From Desulfobulbaceae bacterium UBA5121 (GTDB taxonomy: Bacteria; Desulfobacterota; Desulfobulbia; Desulfobulbales; UBA5123): a DNA stretch of 64,000 bases. Shown piece after piece: positions 36,655 through 46,792 of the stretch; position 1 is the first letter of the stretch; every line of letters begins with the position of its first letter. The stretch lies in NCBI GenBank assembly GCA_002414225.1, contig DHYV01000014.1, positions 68,750-132,749 on the forward strand, given 5' to 3'. The notes below the pieces were generated by a model. That model was not told the DNA's origin. It ran no database searches and saw only the letters and a list, made by a program, of their open reading frames with translations. Position numbers and translations under genes: made by a program.

Positions 36655-39612
36655 CTACGCCAGTGGGGCGAAGCCGCGGCGCATGACGTTTTCGCTGATG
36701 CTCACCGGGTCCATGAACTGCAGCAGGTAGTCGGGGCCGCCGGCCTTGGAGCCCATGCCCGAGAGCCTGAAGCCGCCAAAGGGCTGCCGTTGGACAACGG
36801 CGCCGGTGATGGAGCGGTTGAGGTAGAGGTTGCCCACCGCAAACTCTTTCTTGGCCCGGGCCAGGTGGCCGGGGCTGCGGCTGAACATGCCGCCGGTGAG
36901 GGCATAGGGGGTGGCGTTGGCCAGGGCCAGGGCCTCGTCAAAGTCCTTGGCCCGCATCAGGGCAAGCACCGGGCCGAAGATCTCCTCGCGGGCCAGTCGG
37001 TGCTCTTTGGTGATGCCTTCGACCACGGTGAGCGGTACGTAGGTGCCACTGCCGGCCGGCCCCGGTTTGCTGAGCAGAATTTTCCCCTCCCGCGCCGCAA
37101 GCTCCACATAGGCCATGATCTTCATCTGAGCCGCGGCGTCGATCACCGGTCCCATGAAGTTGGCCGGGTTTTCGGCCGGGCCGATGGCGAGCGACTCGGC
37201 CGCGGCAACCAGCCTTTCTTTGAATTTTTTGTAAATCTCCTCCAGCACGATAACCCGCGAGCAGGCCGAACACTTCTGGCCTTGGTAACCAAAGGCGGAG
37301 TAAAGAACCTGGGGCACGGCCTGGTCCAGGTCGGCGTCGTCGTCGACGATGATGGCGTTCTTTCCCCCCATCTCGGCGATCACCCGTTTTACATGGTCCT
37401 GAGCCGGCTGGGGACGGGCTGCCAACTGGTTGATGTGCAACCCCACCTCCACGGAGCCGGTAAAGGCGATCATGTTGACCTGCGGGTGGGCCACCAGATA
37501 GTCGCCGATCTCGGCCGAGTTGCCGGGCAGGAAGTTGAAGACCCCGGCCGGCACCCCGGCCTGCCGGAGGATATCGGTGAGCAGCCAGCCGGTGACCGGC
37601 GATAGGCTCGACGGCTTGTAGAGCACCGTGTTCCCGGTCACCAGGGCCGCGGCGCACATGCCGCAGCTGATCGCGAGCGGAAAGTTCCAGGGCGCGATCA
37701 CCAGGGAGACGCCCTTGGGCCGGTAGGTATACAGATTCTCCTCGCCGGGCAGGTCGGCCGATTGGCCTCGGGCCAGGCGGACCATCTCCCGGGCGTAGTA
37801 GCCGAGAAAGTCGATGGCCTCCACCACGTCGGCATGGGCCTGGCCCCACTGCTTGCCAACCTCCAGGATCTGCCAGGCGGCAAGCTCCGGCAACCGTTCC
37901 GCCATGATCCGCGAGGCATTGAGCAGGATGGCCGCCCGGGCTTCAGGGGCCTGTCGCCGCCACTCCGGGGCTGCCGCGGCCGCTGCCTGAAGAGCCAGAT
38001 CCGCCTCCTGCCGGCCGGCCAGCGAGATCCGACCGATAACCTCGGCCGGGTCGGCCGGGTTCAGGGATGCCAACTGCCGGCCGGTGGCAATTTCCACGCC
38101 GTTGATCAGCAGGGGATAGCTGTTGCCCAGGCGTTGCCGTACCGTGCCGAGTGCCCGGGCCATCTGTTCGCGCAGGGTGGCCTCGCTGAAGTCGGCGGCC
38201 GGGAAGTTGCGGAAGGAGTCCGCCGCCGGTGGCTTTTCCGGTGGCCGGGATTCCGGCGGCCCGGGCGCGGCGAGCAGGGCCGCCACCTCCCGCCGGTCGA
38301 CGAAACTCTGGCGCAGGAAGGAAACGTTTGCCGTGTTTTCGAGCAGGCGGCGCACCAGATAGCCCATGCCGGGCAGCAGCTCGCCGTATGGGCAGTAGAG
38401 CCGTACCCGGCCGACGGTTTCCTGGAGGCTCTTGCGGATTGGGCCGGCCATGCCGTAGAGCACCTGGAACTCATACGCGCCTTCCGGCACGCCCTGCTCC
38501 TCGGCAATGGCCATCACCGCGGCGATGGAGCGGATGTTGTGGGAGCCGCAGGCGAGCGAGCAGATGTCGTGGTTGGTGAGGATCCTGCGGGCCAACCGCT
38601 CGAAGGCGTCGTCGGATTGCCATTTCTGCTGATAGACCGGTGGGGTGCGGTTGTTCTGGCGGGCGACGATGGTTTCGTAATCCCAGTAGGCCCCCTTGAC
38701 CAGACGGATGTGGATGGGCAGTCCCTGCCGTCGGGCCCAAAGGATGAGCCGTTCGAGATCCTGGTCGCTTTCCGGCAGGTATGCCTGCAGCACCAGGCCC
38801 AGATGGGTAAAGTCGGCAAAGTGCTGGCGCAGCTCCTTGTAGACCGCGATGGTGATGTCCTTGTAGCGGTGCTGCTCCATGTCGATGTGGACAAAGGCCC
38901 CGATCGCCCGGGCTCTGGCCACGATGGGCGCAAAACGGTTGACGATGGCGGCCACCGAGTTGTCGAAATCCACCGGGTCGGCCTGGGAGAAGAGCGCGGT
39001 GGGCTTGATCGAGACGTTGATTTTCGGGGCCTGCTGCCAGTCGCGGTCCGAGTCACTGGCCAGGGCGGGCCAGGCGTGTTGTTCGGCGGCCAGGGCGTCG
39101 AGCAGTCGCAGGTAACTCTGCTGGTAGGCCGTGGCCTCCGCCTCGCTTACCGCGGACTCGCCCAGGATGTCGACGGTAAAGGCGAAGGCGTCGTGGCGCA
39201 GCTTGCGGATGGAGGCCAGCGCTTCATCGAGATTTTCCCCGACGATGAACTGCCGGGCCATGGCCTCGATGTTGGCCCGCAGTCCCCTGGCGAGCAGCTT
39301 CATGGCCAGGCCGCCACCGAGGCCCGCGTGTTTGAGCCCCCAGCGCAGCACCGCCGGCAGTTCCTGGTCCGCCCCGAAGTAGTCCTCCACATGGCGGAGC
39401 AGGGACTCCTCCGACCGGATGCAGGGGAGCACGTCGACAAAGCGGAAGAGGCTCACCTTGAACCCCTCGTTGGCCATGGCCCAGTCCATCACCTTGCCGG
39501 CCCACCAGTCCTTGCGGAACAGTGACGGGCACTGGTCGCCCATGGTGCGGAAGAATTCCTGGCCCAGGGCGATGATTCGTTCTTCAAGGTGGGCAGAGGG
39601 GCTGGCGGCCAT
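36655..39612 (-). CDS. putA: Bifunctional proline dehydrogenase / glutamate-semialdehyde dehydrogenase (short PutA, no RHH)
   Basis: FRFVDV, DILGE, SIKPTAL, RLVKGAY, LVRRLLEN; then IAPWNFP, FTGS, AEMGGKN, GQKCSAC, EEIFGP. Confidence 0.95.
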   Translation of the reverse strand: MAASPSAHLEERIIALGQEFFRTMGDQCPSLFRKDWWAGKVMDWAMANEGFKVSLFRFVDVLPCIRSEESLLRHVEDYFGADQELPAVLRWGLKHAGLGGGLAMKLLARGLRANIEAMARQFIVGENLDEALASIRKLRHDAFAFTVDILGESAVSEAEATAYQQSYLRLLDALAAEQHAWPALASDSDRDWQQAPKINVSIKPTALFSQADPVDFDNSVAAIVNRFAPIVARARAIGAFVHIDMEQHRYKDITIAVYKELRQHFADFTHLGLVLQAYLPESDQDLERLILWARRQGLPIHIRLVKGAYWDYETIVARQNNRTPPVYQQKWQSDDAFERLARRILTNHDICSLACGSHNIRSIAAVMAIAEEQGVPEGAYEFQVLYGMAGPIRKSLQETVGRVRLYCPYGELLPGMGYLVRRLLENTANVSFLRQSFVDRREVAALLAAPGPPESRPPEKPPAADSFRNFPAADFSEATLREQMARALGTVRQRLGNSYPLLINGVEIATGRQLASLNPADPAEVIGRISLAGRQEADLALQAAAAAAPEWRRQAPEARAAILLNASRIMAERLPELAAWQILEVGKQWGQAHADVVEAIDFLGYYAREMVRLARGQSADLPGEENLYTYRPKGVSLVIAPWNFPLAISCGMCAAALVTGNTVLYKPSSLSPVTGWLLTDILRQAGVPAGVFNFLPGNSAEIGDYLVAHPQVNMIAFTGSVEVGLHINQLAARPQPAQDHVKRVIAEMGGKNAIIVDDDADLDQAVPQVLYSAFGYQGQKCSACSRVIVLEEIYKKFKERLVAAAESLAIGPAENPANFMGPVIDAAAQMKIMAYVELAAREGKILLSKPGPAGSGTYVPLTVVEGITKEHRLAREEIFGPVLALMRAKDFDEALALANATPYALTGGMFSRSPGHLARAKKEFAVGNLYLNRSITGAVVQRQPFGGFRLSGMGSKAGGPDYLLQFMDPVSISENVMRRGFAPLA

Positions 39613-39666
39613 GGCGTTCCCTCCCGTGGCGGTGGGGTGTTGTGAAAGGAGCGGATCGGTTAACCA

Positions 39667-39675
39667 ATTGTAGCA
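39667..39675 (-). promoter_or_regulatory. Extended -10 element upstream of putA
   Basis: Minus strand TGcTACAAT about 55 nt before the ATG; no clear -35. Confidence 0.4.
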
Positions 39676-40034
39676 GAATCAAAGGGGAAAAGAAGTGGAA
39701 GAGAGGGGGGGAGGCGATGCCTGTGGGGAACGGCATTCCCAGCCGTCGTCGGCCGGTGCCGGGTTGGTTGAGGGGGGCGATGCCTCGCGGGGGGAAAATA
39801 CACTCTAAAATGAGGCAACGCCCCCCTTGGCCCCCCGTCGGGGAGGACCAACAAACGGTTGTAAGGAACAGGGGCTGTCGTCAGGCAAAGGGCGGTGGAG
39901 CAACGTCTCCTGCCCGGGGCACCCGTGTGGACCAGCTTGCCAGGTGGAGTGGGGGCCGGGGTCCGAACGCCCCCGGCTACCCGATTGGGCTGACTGAACT
40001 GCGTATTGTGCGGCGTTGGAATTGAGCCCGGGGC

Positions 40035-41636
40035 TCACAGGAGTTGCTCGACGTCCAACACCACCCAGCCGGAGTTGTTTTCGTAGAACCATTCGACCTG
40101 CACGTCGTTGAAGTAGCAAAGCATCTGGCCGCCGACGGGCACGGTGAATTCGCCGCCGTCTTTCATCACCCAGGCGTGCTTCTTATCAACGGTGCCAATG
40201 AGGGCGAACCATCTGGCGTCGTCCTTGCGCTTGCCATGGGCGAGCGAGGCGGTTTTGTGGGCGAGGCTGGTCCAGTCCTCGCCGTCGATGCTCCCGGCGG
40301 TGAAGCTGGCGTCGCGCAAGGGTTCGCCCACGCCAGGCACGACGCGCGCGCGGTAGCGGACGCCGGGGCGCAGGAAAACGCCGGTCTGGTTCCAGTATTC
40401 CCTGGCGTAGATGCGCTGGGTGCGTTGCGCCGTGTCTGTGCCGGCGGGAAGCATGCCGGGGTTGCGGACAAAGTAGTCCACCAGACTGGGAGGGCGGTAG
40501 GTCGGGTCTTCGGCCCAGCGGCGGAGCACGGTGTCGTCGAGGGTTTCGTGGATGGAACAGAGGGAGCCGGCCGTTCCTCCCGCCGTTTGGGTTTCACGGG
40601 GAGGCTTGCCGATTTCTCGGTAGTTGCGCTGGTCGCCGGGTTTCAGTTCGTCCCAGATGTTGAGGATGTGGCCGGCGAAGGCTTTGAAGCTGTCGTGAAC
40701 AGGGTCGAGCCACGCACCGGGGCGGGGTTCGACGGTGTGGGTGAACGCGAGGCCGAGCGCGGATGCCTTTTGCATCATCCAATTCAGAGAGATATCGGGA
40801 AGGTCGTCGTCACCATAGCCGCCACCAACGTCGGAGTGCGCGCCGATGAACCAGCGTTGCTCGTAATAGGGGGTGTAGCGGGCGAGTGTTTCGGCTTCCT
40901 TGCCCGTTTCGGCGAAGGTGCGCCAGAGGGTGGCCTCGAACATGGGGCGGTGCTCGTCGATGGCGAGGGCGTGGTAGCCGTTGAGCTGCGCACGCGTTGG
41001 GCGCACGTTGTGAGCGGCGGATTTGGCGCGGCTGGCGTCCTTGTTTTGCAGGGCGTCGGCACCGATGGCGCCTACGGTATCCCATAGGCCGGCCATGTGG
41101 ATCTTGACCTCTCGCACGCGGGTGTTGTCGAGGAGGCGGGCTTCCTGGGCGTCCGGTTGCCAGCCGGAAGGCGCTTTCTCCGGGTGGTCCTTCCAGTAGC
41201 GCAGGCGCCAGATGGGGCGGATGACCTCGGTATCCTGCCGCGAAATATCCGCGTAACGGTCGAAAATATCCTCGGTGCTCCATTCCCCGAGCGTGTCTTG
41301 GCGCGCAAGTCCGCAGGTGGCGATCATCTGCACCAGGCTGCGGGCGGTGAAGGCGCCGCGGCTGAAGCCGAAGACGTATATCTCCGTGTCGTCCCGGTAG
41401 TTCTCCACCAGCCATTGGTAGCCCTCGCGGATCTTGCGGTCGACGCCCTTGCCGAAGATGCTGCCCCGGATGAGTTCGCCGAATTCGGTGCCGACGCCCT
41501 GGATGTATTTCTTTTGCTGAGGCACGCCAACGGCGTCCTTGTCCGCGAGCAATTCATGAGTGCGCCAGACATTGGTGCGATCCCTGGGCGTATTGTCGGT
41601 GCCATCGTAAAACAGGATGAGACGCAAGGAAGGCAT
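40035..41636 (-). CDS. DUF2235 (Tle1-like alpha/beta hydrolase) protein with a C-terminal beta-sandwich domain
   Basis: FYDGTDN, TNVWR, YIQGVGT, FGFSRGAFTAR (GxSxG), GLWDTV, HALAIDEHR, WFIGAHSDVGGG; GAGGAG SD. Confidence 0.9.
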   Translation of the reverse strand: MPSLRLILFYDGTDNTPRDRTNVWRTHELLADKDAVGVPQQKKYIQGVGTEFGELIRGSIFGKGVDRKIREGYQWLVENYRDDTEIYVFGFSRGAFTARSLVQMIATCGLARQDTLGEWSTEDIFDRYADISRQDTEVIRPIWRLRYWKDHPEKAPSGWQPDAQEARLLDNTRVREVKIHMAGLWDTVGAIGADALQNKDASRAKSAAHNVRPTRAQLNGYHALAIDEHRPMFEATLWRTFAETGKEAETLARYTPYYEQRWFIGAHSDVGGGYGDDDLPDISLNWMMQKASALGLAFTHTVEPRPGAWLDPVHDSFKAFAGHILNIWDELKPGDQRNYREIGKPPRETQTAGGTAGSLCSIHETLDDTVLRRWAEDPTYRPPSLVDYFVRNPGMLPAGTDTAQRTQRIYAREYWNQTGVFLRPGVRYRARVVPGVGEPLRDASFTAGSIDGEDWTSLAHKTASLAHGKRKDDARWFALIGTVDKKHAWVMKDGGEFTVPVGGQMLCYFNDVQVEWFYENNSGWVVLDVEQLL

Positions 41637-41777
41637 GTCGAGTCTCCTCTCAAGTCAAGAAGGGGAATAAGTATGGTCTTGGCGGCTGGTCCAACGAGTT
41701 TTTGAAGTCATGGACGCCAACGGCCGTGATCGGCTGGAAAGAGGCCGCGGGTCTGGCTTTTCGCTGGATTGCACGGT

Positions 41778-41975
41778 GTACGCCCGGCATGGACGTGACC
41801 TTTTGGGGTGCAAGTCCCCTGCTCGTGAACCATGTGCTGAATTCAACAGTTACCAGACGTGCCAGCCGAAGGCAAGGGCATCCTCATGATAGGGTGGAGG
41901 GAGGAATCCGGAGGCGGGTCCGCGAGACTCCGAAGGTACGCGCATTTCACGAGCCGGGGGAGTCTGTTCCTTGAC
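41778..41975 (+). mobile_element. 5' fragment (domain I) of a group II intron, class IIC-like; no RT ORF and no domain V
   Basis: GTACGCCCGGCATGG...GGGGTGCAAGTCCCC...CAGCCGAAGGCAAGGGCATCC...GGAGGAATCCGGAGGC...CCGAAGGTACGCG follows the IIC 5' consensus as I recall it; 3' boundary approximate. Confidence 0.62.
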
Positions 41976-42149
41976 AGGGTTCTCACCGTGGGTCGCCCCG
42001 TGGTGAAAAATCTTGAAACTTCCAGTTATTCCAGCCTATCATGGAAACTTAATGAGTTTATTTGGCGAGGCCCTTTTATTCAACGCTCCGGGTTGTCCGT
42101 TCGGTTGTACCGTAGGATGAATTCGGGATAAAAACGGTTGGGAAACGAG

Positions 42150-45100
42150 ATGCTGCAGAAAATAAAAATCGGGCAGAGGCTGAATATCGGTTTTGGCGTT
42201 GTGTTGCTGTTGACGGCTGCGGTGGCTCTGGTCGCCTACATCAATGTCGGCCGCTTGGATGGGCTGATCATGCAGACCGTTCACGACGATTTCCAAAAGG
42301 TGGAACTGCTGAGTGATATTTCAAGAAATGTCAACACGGTGGCCCTCGCGGCGCGCGATATGGTCATCCAACCCGATGCCGAGAGCGTGAGGAGGCAGAA
42401 CAGCCGAATCGCCGAGGCCCAGGAAAAGATCGGCCAGGATATGGACAGGCTGCAGGCCGTTGTTCATTCAGAGGCCGGAAATAGTTTGCTGGACAAGCTC
42501 GTCGAGACCAGGAAAACCTACAGGGATGAATTGGCCGTGCTTCTGGAACAGATCCGGGAAGGCCGGATAAAGGACGTTTCCCAGGCAATGAACGGCCGGT
42601 TCGGAGACGCTCAGACCGGCTATTTCCAGGCCCTGGACGCCATGCACCGGCACCTGATTGCCGAGGTGGAACAGGTGGGCGGCGCGGCAGACGTTCTAGC
42701 CGACTTCACCAAAGAGGTTGTCTTGGTTGTGGCTGTCCTGGCGTTGTTGCTCGGGAGCCTGCTCGCCCGGTTGATCTGCCGCTCCATTACCGTGCCGATC
42801 AAGGCATGCGTAGAGGCGGCCAGGGCGCTTGCCGTCGGCAAAACCGACATCGCGCTTTCCACCGACGCCAAGGACGAAGCCGGCGAACTGCAAGGAGCCA
42901 TGGCCGCAATGGCGGAAGCGATCCACGGTCTGATCAACGATGCCAACCTGCTGGCCCAGGCCGCCGTGCTGGGCAAAATCACCACCAGGGCCGATGCCTC
43001 GAAACATCAGGGTGATTTCAAAAGAATCATTGAAGGGGTCAACAACACCATCTCGCGCCTGGTGGGTCTGCTCGATTCCATGCCCGCCCCGGCCATGATC
43101 ATCGACACCGATTTCAATATCCTCTATATCAACGAGTTGGGCGCCAAGGCCGGCGGCAAAACGCCAAACCAGCTCATCGGCAACAAGTGCTTCGACCACT
43201 TCAAGACCAGCGACTGCAACACCGACAGATGCGCCTGCGGCCAGGCCATCCGGGACGGCCGGGTTTCCAGCTCCGAAACCGACGCCCACCCGGCTGCGGG
43301 CGTTGACCTCGACATCGCTTACAGCGGCATGCCGCTACGCGACGAACAGGGCAAAATCATCGGGGCCTTCGAGGTGGTTTCCGATCTGACCGCCGTCAAG
43401 AAAGCAGGCCGGCTGGTCAAGAAGATCGCCGACTATCAGAACGCCGAAACCGAGAAAGTGGTCAGCTGCCTGAAAAAACTGGCCCAGGGTGACACCTCCT
43501 GCACCATCACGCCGGCCGCCGGCGACAGCGACACCGCCGAGGTGGAGAGCACCTTCAAATCAATTGCCGATTCGTTCAACGCCTGTATTTCAACGGTCAA
43601 TGAGTTGGTGGCCGATGTCAACACACTCGTCAAGGCGGCGGTTCAGGGCAACCTCGGCATCCGGGCCGATGCGACCAAGCATCAGGGCGATTTCAGAAAA
43701 ATTGTCGAAGGCGTCAACAATACGATCTCACGCCTGGTGGGCCTGCTCGATTCCATGCCCGCTCCAGCCATGATCATCGACACCGACTTTACCATTCGCT
43801 ATATCAATGAGCTTGGCGCCAAGGCCGGTGGCAAAAAAACGAGCCAGCTCATCGGCAGCAAATGTTTCGACCATTTCCGGACCAGTGACTGCAACACCGA
43901 CAGATGCGCTTGCGGCCAGGCCATCAGAGGCGGCATCGTGGCGAATTCGGAAACCGACGCCCACCCGGCGGCCGGCGTTGACCTCGACATCGCCTACAGC
44001 GCCATACCGCTGCGCGACGAGGAAAACAAGGTCATAGGCGCCTTCGAGGTGGTATCCGACCAGACCGCCGTCAAGAAGGCGGCCAGGGTGGCAAAGAAGA
44101 TCGCCGATTATCAGGATGTCGAAACCGGAAAACTGGTGGAGGCGCTCAACAGGCTGGCCGTCGGCGACATCAATATCTCTCTGGCAACCGCCCCTGCCGA
44201 CAGCGACACCGGGTCCGTGAAAAGGATTTTTGAAGGAATCGGCGCCGCCGTTACCGCCCTGGTCAATGCCCTGAATGACATTACCCGCGCGGCCCGGGAA
44301 ATATCGGACGGCAACCTCATGGTGACCCTCAAGAAACGGAGCGAGGAGGATGAACTTTTGATGGCCCTGGAGGATATGGTTGTCAAACTGAAGGAGATCG
44401 TCACCGACGTCCGCACCGCCTCCGATCAGGTAGCCGCTGGCAGTCAGGAGTTGAGCAGCAGTTCCCAACAGGTTTCCCAGGGGGCCAGCGAGCAGGCCGC
44501 CGCGGTGGAGCAGATCTCCTCCTCCATGGACGAGTTGGCCAGCACCGTGGCCCAGACCGCGGAGCACGCCCGGCAGACCGCCACCATGTCCAACAAGGCG
44601 GCAGCGGATGCCGTGGACGGCGGCAAGGCGGTGGCGGAAACGGTAACCGCCATGCAGCATATTGCCGAAAAGATCGAGTTGATCGAGGAGATCGCCCGGC
44701 AGACCAATCTGCTCGCCTTGAACGCCGCCATCGAGGCGGCCCGGGCCGGCGATCACGGCAAGGGCTTTGCCGTGGTTGCCTCCGAGGTCCGCAAGCTCGC
44801 CGAGCGCAGCCAGGTTTCGGCCCAGGAAATCAAAGAGGTGGCCGCGGCCAGCGTGGAAACAGCGGCGAAAGCCGGCAGGCTCATCACCGAGATGGTACCG
44901 CAGATCCAGAAAACCGCCGAACTGGTGCATGAGATCGATGCGGCCAGCAACGAACAGACCCGTGGCATTGAAGAAAACACCAGCGCCGTTCAGCAGCTTG
45001 ATCAGGTGATCCAGAACAACAGCGCGGCGGCCGAAGAGATGGCCTCCGCCAGCGAGGAGTTGACCGCCCAGGCCGCGCTTCTCCAGGAATCCATCGCCTT

Positions 45101-45272
45101 TTTCAAGCTCGGTAAGCCAGCGGCTGCATCACGCTACTCTTCCCGCAAGCAGGCCCGAATCCTGCCCCCCCCGGCGACGCCGGTCAGTTGGAGCCAGGCC
45201 GGGGGGAACGATGATCAGGGGATCAAACTCTCTCTGCCGAACAAGGACGATACTGAGTTTGAGCGGTATTGA
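42150..45272 (+). CDS. Methyl-accepting chemotaxis protein (TM, 4HB, TM, HAMP, 2x[HAMP-PAS-HAMP], MA domain)
   Basis: [14 protein letters not shown], two TMs, [43 protein letters not shown]. Confidence 0.95.
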   Translation: MLQKIKIGQRLNIGFGVVLLLTAAVALVAYINVGRLDGLIMQTVHDDFQKVELLSDISRNVNTVALAARDMVIQPDAESVRRQNSRIAEAQEKIGQDMDRLQAVVHSEAGNSLLDKLVETRKTYRDELAVLLEQIREGRIKDVSQAMNGRFGDAQTGYFQALDAMHRHLIAEVEQVGGAADVLADFTKEVVLVVAVLALLLGSLLARLICRSITVPIKACVEAARALAVGKTDIALSTDAKDEAGELQGAMAAMAEAIHGLINDANLLAQAAVLGKITTRADASKHQGDFKRIIEGVNNTISRLVGLLDSMPAPAMIIDTDFNILYINELGAKAGGKTPNQLIGNKCFDHFKTSDCNTDRCACGQAIRDGRVSSSETDAHPAAGVDLDIAYSGMPLRDEQGKIIGAFEVVSDLTAVKKAGRLVKKIADYQNAETEKVVSCLKKLAQGDTSCTITPAAGDSDTAEVESTFKSIADSFNACISTVNELVADVNTLVKAAVQGNLGIRADATKHQGDFRKIVEGVNNTISRLVGLLDSMPAPAMIIDTDFTIRYINELGAKAGGKKTSQLIGSKCFDHFRTSDCNTDRCACGQAIRGGIVANSETDAHPAAGVDLDIAYSAIPLRDEENKVIGAFEVVSDQTAVKKAARVAKKIADYQDVETGKLVEALNRLAVGDINISLATAPADSDTGSVKRIFEGIGAAVTALVNALNDITRAAREISDGNLMVTLKKRSEEDELLMALEDMVVKLKEIVTDVRTASDQVAAGSQELSSSSQQVSQGASEQAAAVEQISSSMDELASTVAQTAEHARQTATMSNKAAADAVDGGKAVAETVTAMQHIAEKIELIEEIARQTNLLALNAAIEAARAGDHGKGFAVVASEVRKLAERSQVSAQEIKEVAAASVETAAKAGRLITEMVPQIQKTAELVHEIDAASNEQTRGIEENTSAVQQLDQVIQNNSAAAEEMASASEELTAQAALLQESIAFFKLGKPAAASRYSSRKQARILPPPATPVSWSQAGGNDDQGIKLSLPNKDDTEFERY
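42987..44135 (+). repeat. Internal tandem duplication (period 675 bp, 225 aa) in the MCP gene
   Basis: Three anchors offset by exactly 675 nt: ctcgattcca 43071/43746, gactgcaac 43212/43887, aagaagatcgcc 43419/44094. Confidence 0.93.
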
Positions 45273-45393
45273 GCAACCAAAGCAATCGTCCCCTGAAGTC
45301 TTGGTCGGGATGTAAAAGATAAATCCGTTTCCTTTTTTCTGTCGGGCGGACCGGGGCGCATTCGCCGGCCCGTGGTCGCCAGGCAGGCAGCGG

Positions 45394-46443
45394 CTATTCC
45401 GTCGCCGACAACGGCTGCTGCCGCCGGTAGCGCACCGAACTCCTGATGCTCAAGCCGATGAAGGCGGCGCCGATCAGGCCGGTGACCAGTTCCGGGATGT
45501 GAAGGAAGAGGCCGAGGAACATCACCATGGCTAGCGCCCCCACCGCATAGAAGGCGCCGTGTTCCAGGTAGCGGAATTCGTTGAGCGTTCCCAGGTCCAC
45601 CATCAGGACGGTGAGGCTCCGGACAAACATGGCGCCGCAGCCCAGGCCGATGGCGATGATGAAGATGTTGGTGGTCAGGGCGAAGGCGCCGATGACGCCG
45701 TCGAAGCTGAACGAGGCGTCCAGCACCTCCAGGTAGAGAAAGAGACCGATCCCCGCCCGGTGGGCGCTGGCCATCTTTTCCTCCGAGGCTGAGAGTGCCG
45801 TGCCGAGTCCTTCCACCAAGAGAAAGGTAAGGATACCCCCCAGGCCCGCCAGCAGGAAGGAGAGGCTTTCCCGGTCGGGCAAAAAGCTCGATACCGCCAT
45901 CAGCAGGGCGATGGTCACCCCAACCTCGGCGGATTCCTGGCGGCCGAGGCGGGTGAGCGGTGCTTCGATGCAGCGGAACCAGTGTTGTTCCTTTTCCGCA
46001 TCGAAGAAGTATTTGAGGGTCACCAGCAGAAGGAAGGCGCCGCCAAAGGCCGCCACCTGATGGTGCACCCCGGTCATGATCGCCGCGTAGCGGTCCGGGG
46101 CGAGGGCGGCAAGGCGCAGGGCCTGCCACGGAGAAAGGCGGGCCGACATCCCGACGATGAGCAGCGGAAAGACAAGCCGCATGCCGAAGACGGCGATGGC
46201 CATGCCCCAGGTGAGAAAGCGGCGCTGCCAGACCGCGCTCATCTCCTTGAGCACCGTGGCGTTGACCACCGCGTTGTCGAAGGAAATGGATATTTCAAGC
46301 AGCACCAGGATCGCCGTGATCAGCACGGCCTGCATGGCCCCTGATGACGAGCCGGTGTAGCGGAAGCCGATCAGGGCGGCCAAGGCGAGCCCTGCTGTGG
46401 TCAGCAGCAGGGAGGTGGTGAAATACTCTTTGAAGAGTCGCAT
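45394..46443 (-). CDS. DUF475 / TerC-like integral membrane protein
   Basis: LLEISISFDNAVVNA, WQRRFLTWGMAIAVFGMRL, YLEVLDASFSFDGVIGAFA, YLEHGAFYAVG. Confidence 0.88.
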   Translation of the reverse strand: MRLFKEYFTTSLLLTTAGLALAALIGFRYTGSSSGAMQAVLITAILVLLEISISFDNAVVNATVLKEMSAVWQRRFLTWGMAIAVFGMRLVFPLLIVGMSARLSPWQALRLAALAPDRYAAIMTGVHHQVAAFGGAFLLLVTLKYFFDAEKEQHWFRCIEAPLTRLGRQESAEVGVTIALLMAVSSFLPDRESLSFLLAGLGGILTFLLVEGLGTALSASEEKMASAHRAGIGLFLYLEVLDASFSFDGVIGAFALTTNIFIIAIGLGCGAMFVRSLTVLMVDLGTLNEFRYLEHGAFYAVGALAMVMFLGLFLHIPELVTGLIGAAFIGLSIRSSVRYRRQQPLSATE

Positions 46444-46792
46444 GCCCCGTTTCCTGGTCTGAGAATTTCACCCCGGCAAGGGGTTGCCTGTCCGAGCATC
46501 CAGGCCGGCGGATATCCTACCTCATTTCCCGTTCCTCTGCACTCCTCCTTTGGGTCGGGATCGGGGGCAGGTTGTCTGGCGAGCAGCATGGCGACGTGAA
46601 AAAGGGGGCGGATTTCTGTGGGAGAGCGTCGAAACCGATGCGTATAAACGAATCTCTTGACGGCGGACGATCCGGGAGGTAAGAAGCTCAAGCATCGCCA
46701 TCCGGAGGCGAGGATCGCAGGGTGCTGCACCTTGCGGGAGAATGCCGTCATCCCCGGAGATAACGGCGCCACACCCTTGTTCTGGCCTCTGT

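Noticed and set aside
41820-42130. c-di-GMP-I (GEMM) riboswitch or IS110 end upstream of the MCP
   Set aside because: Lacks the GGCAAACC...GAAA...GACGCAAAGC core and there is no transposase; a group IIC intron fragment explains the sequence better
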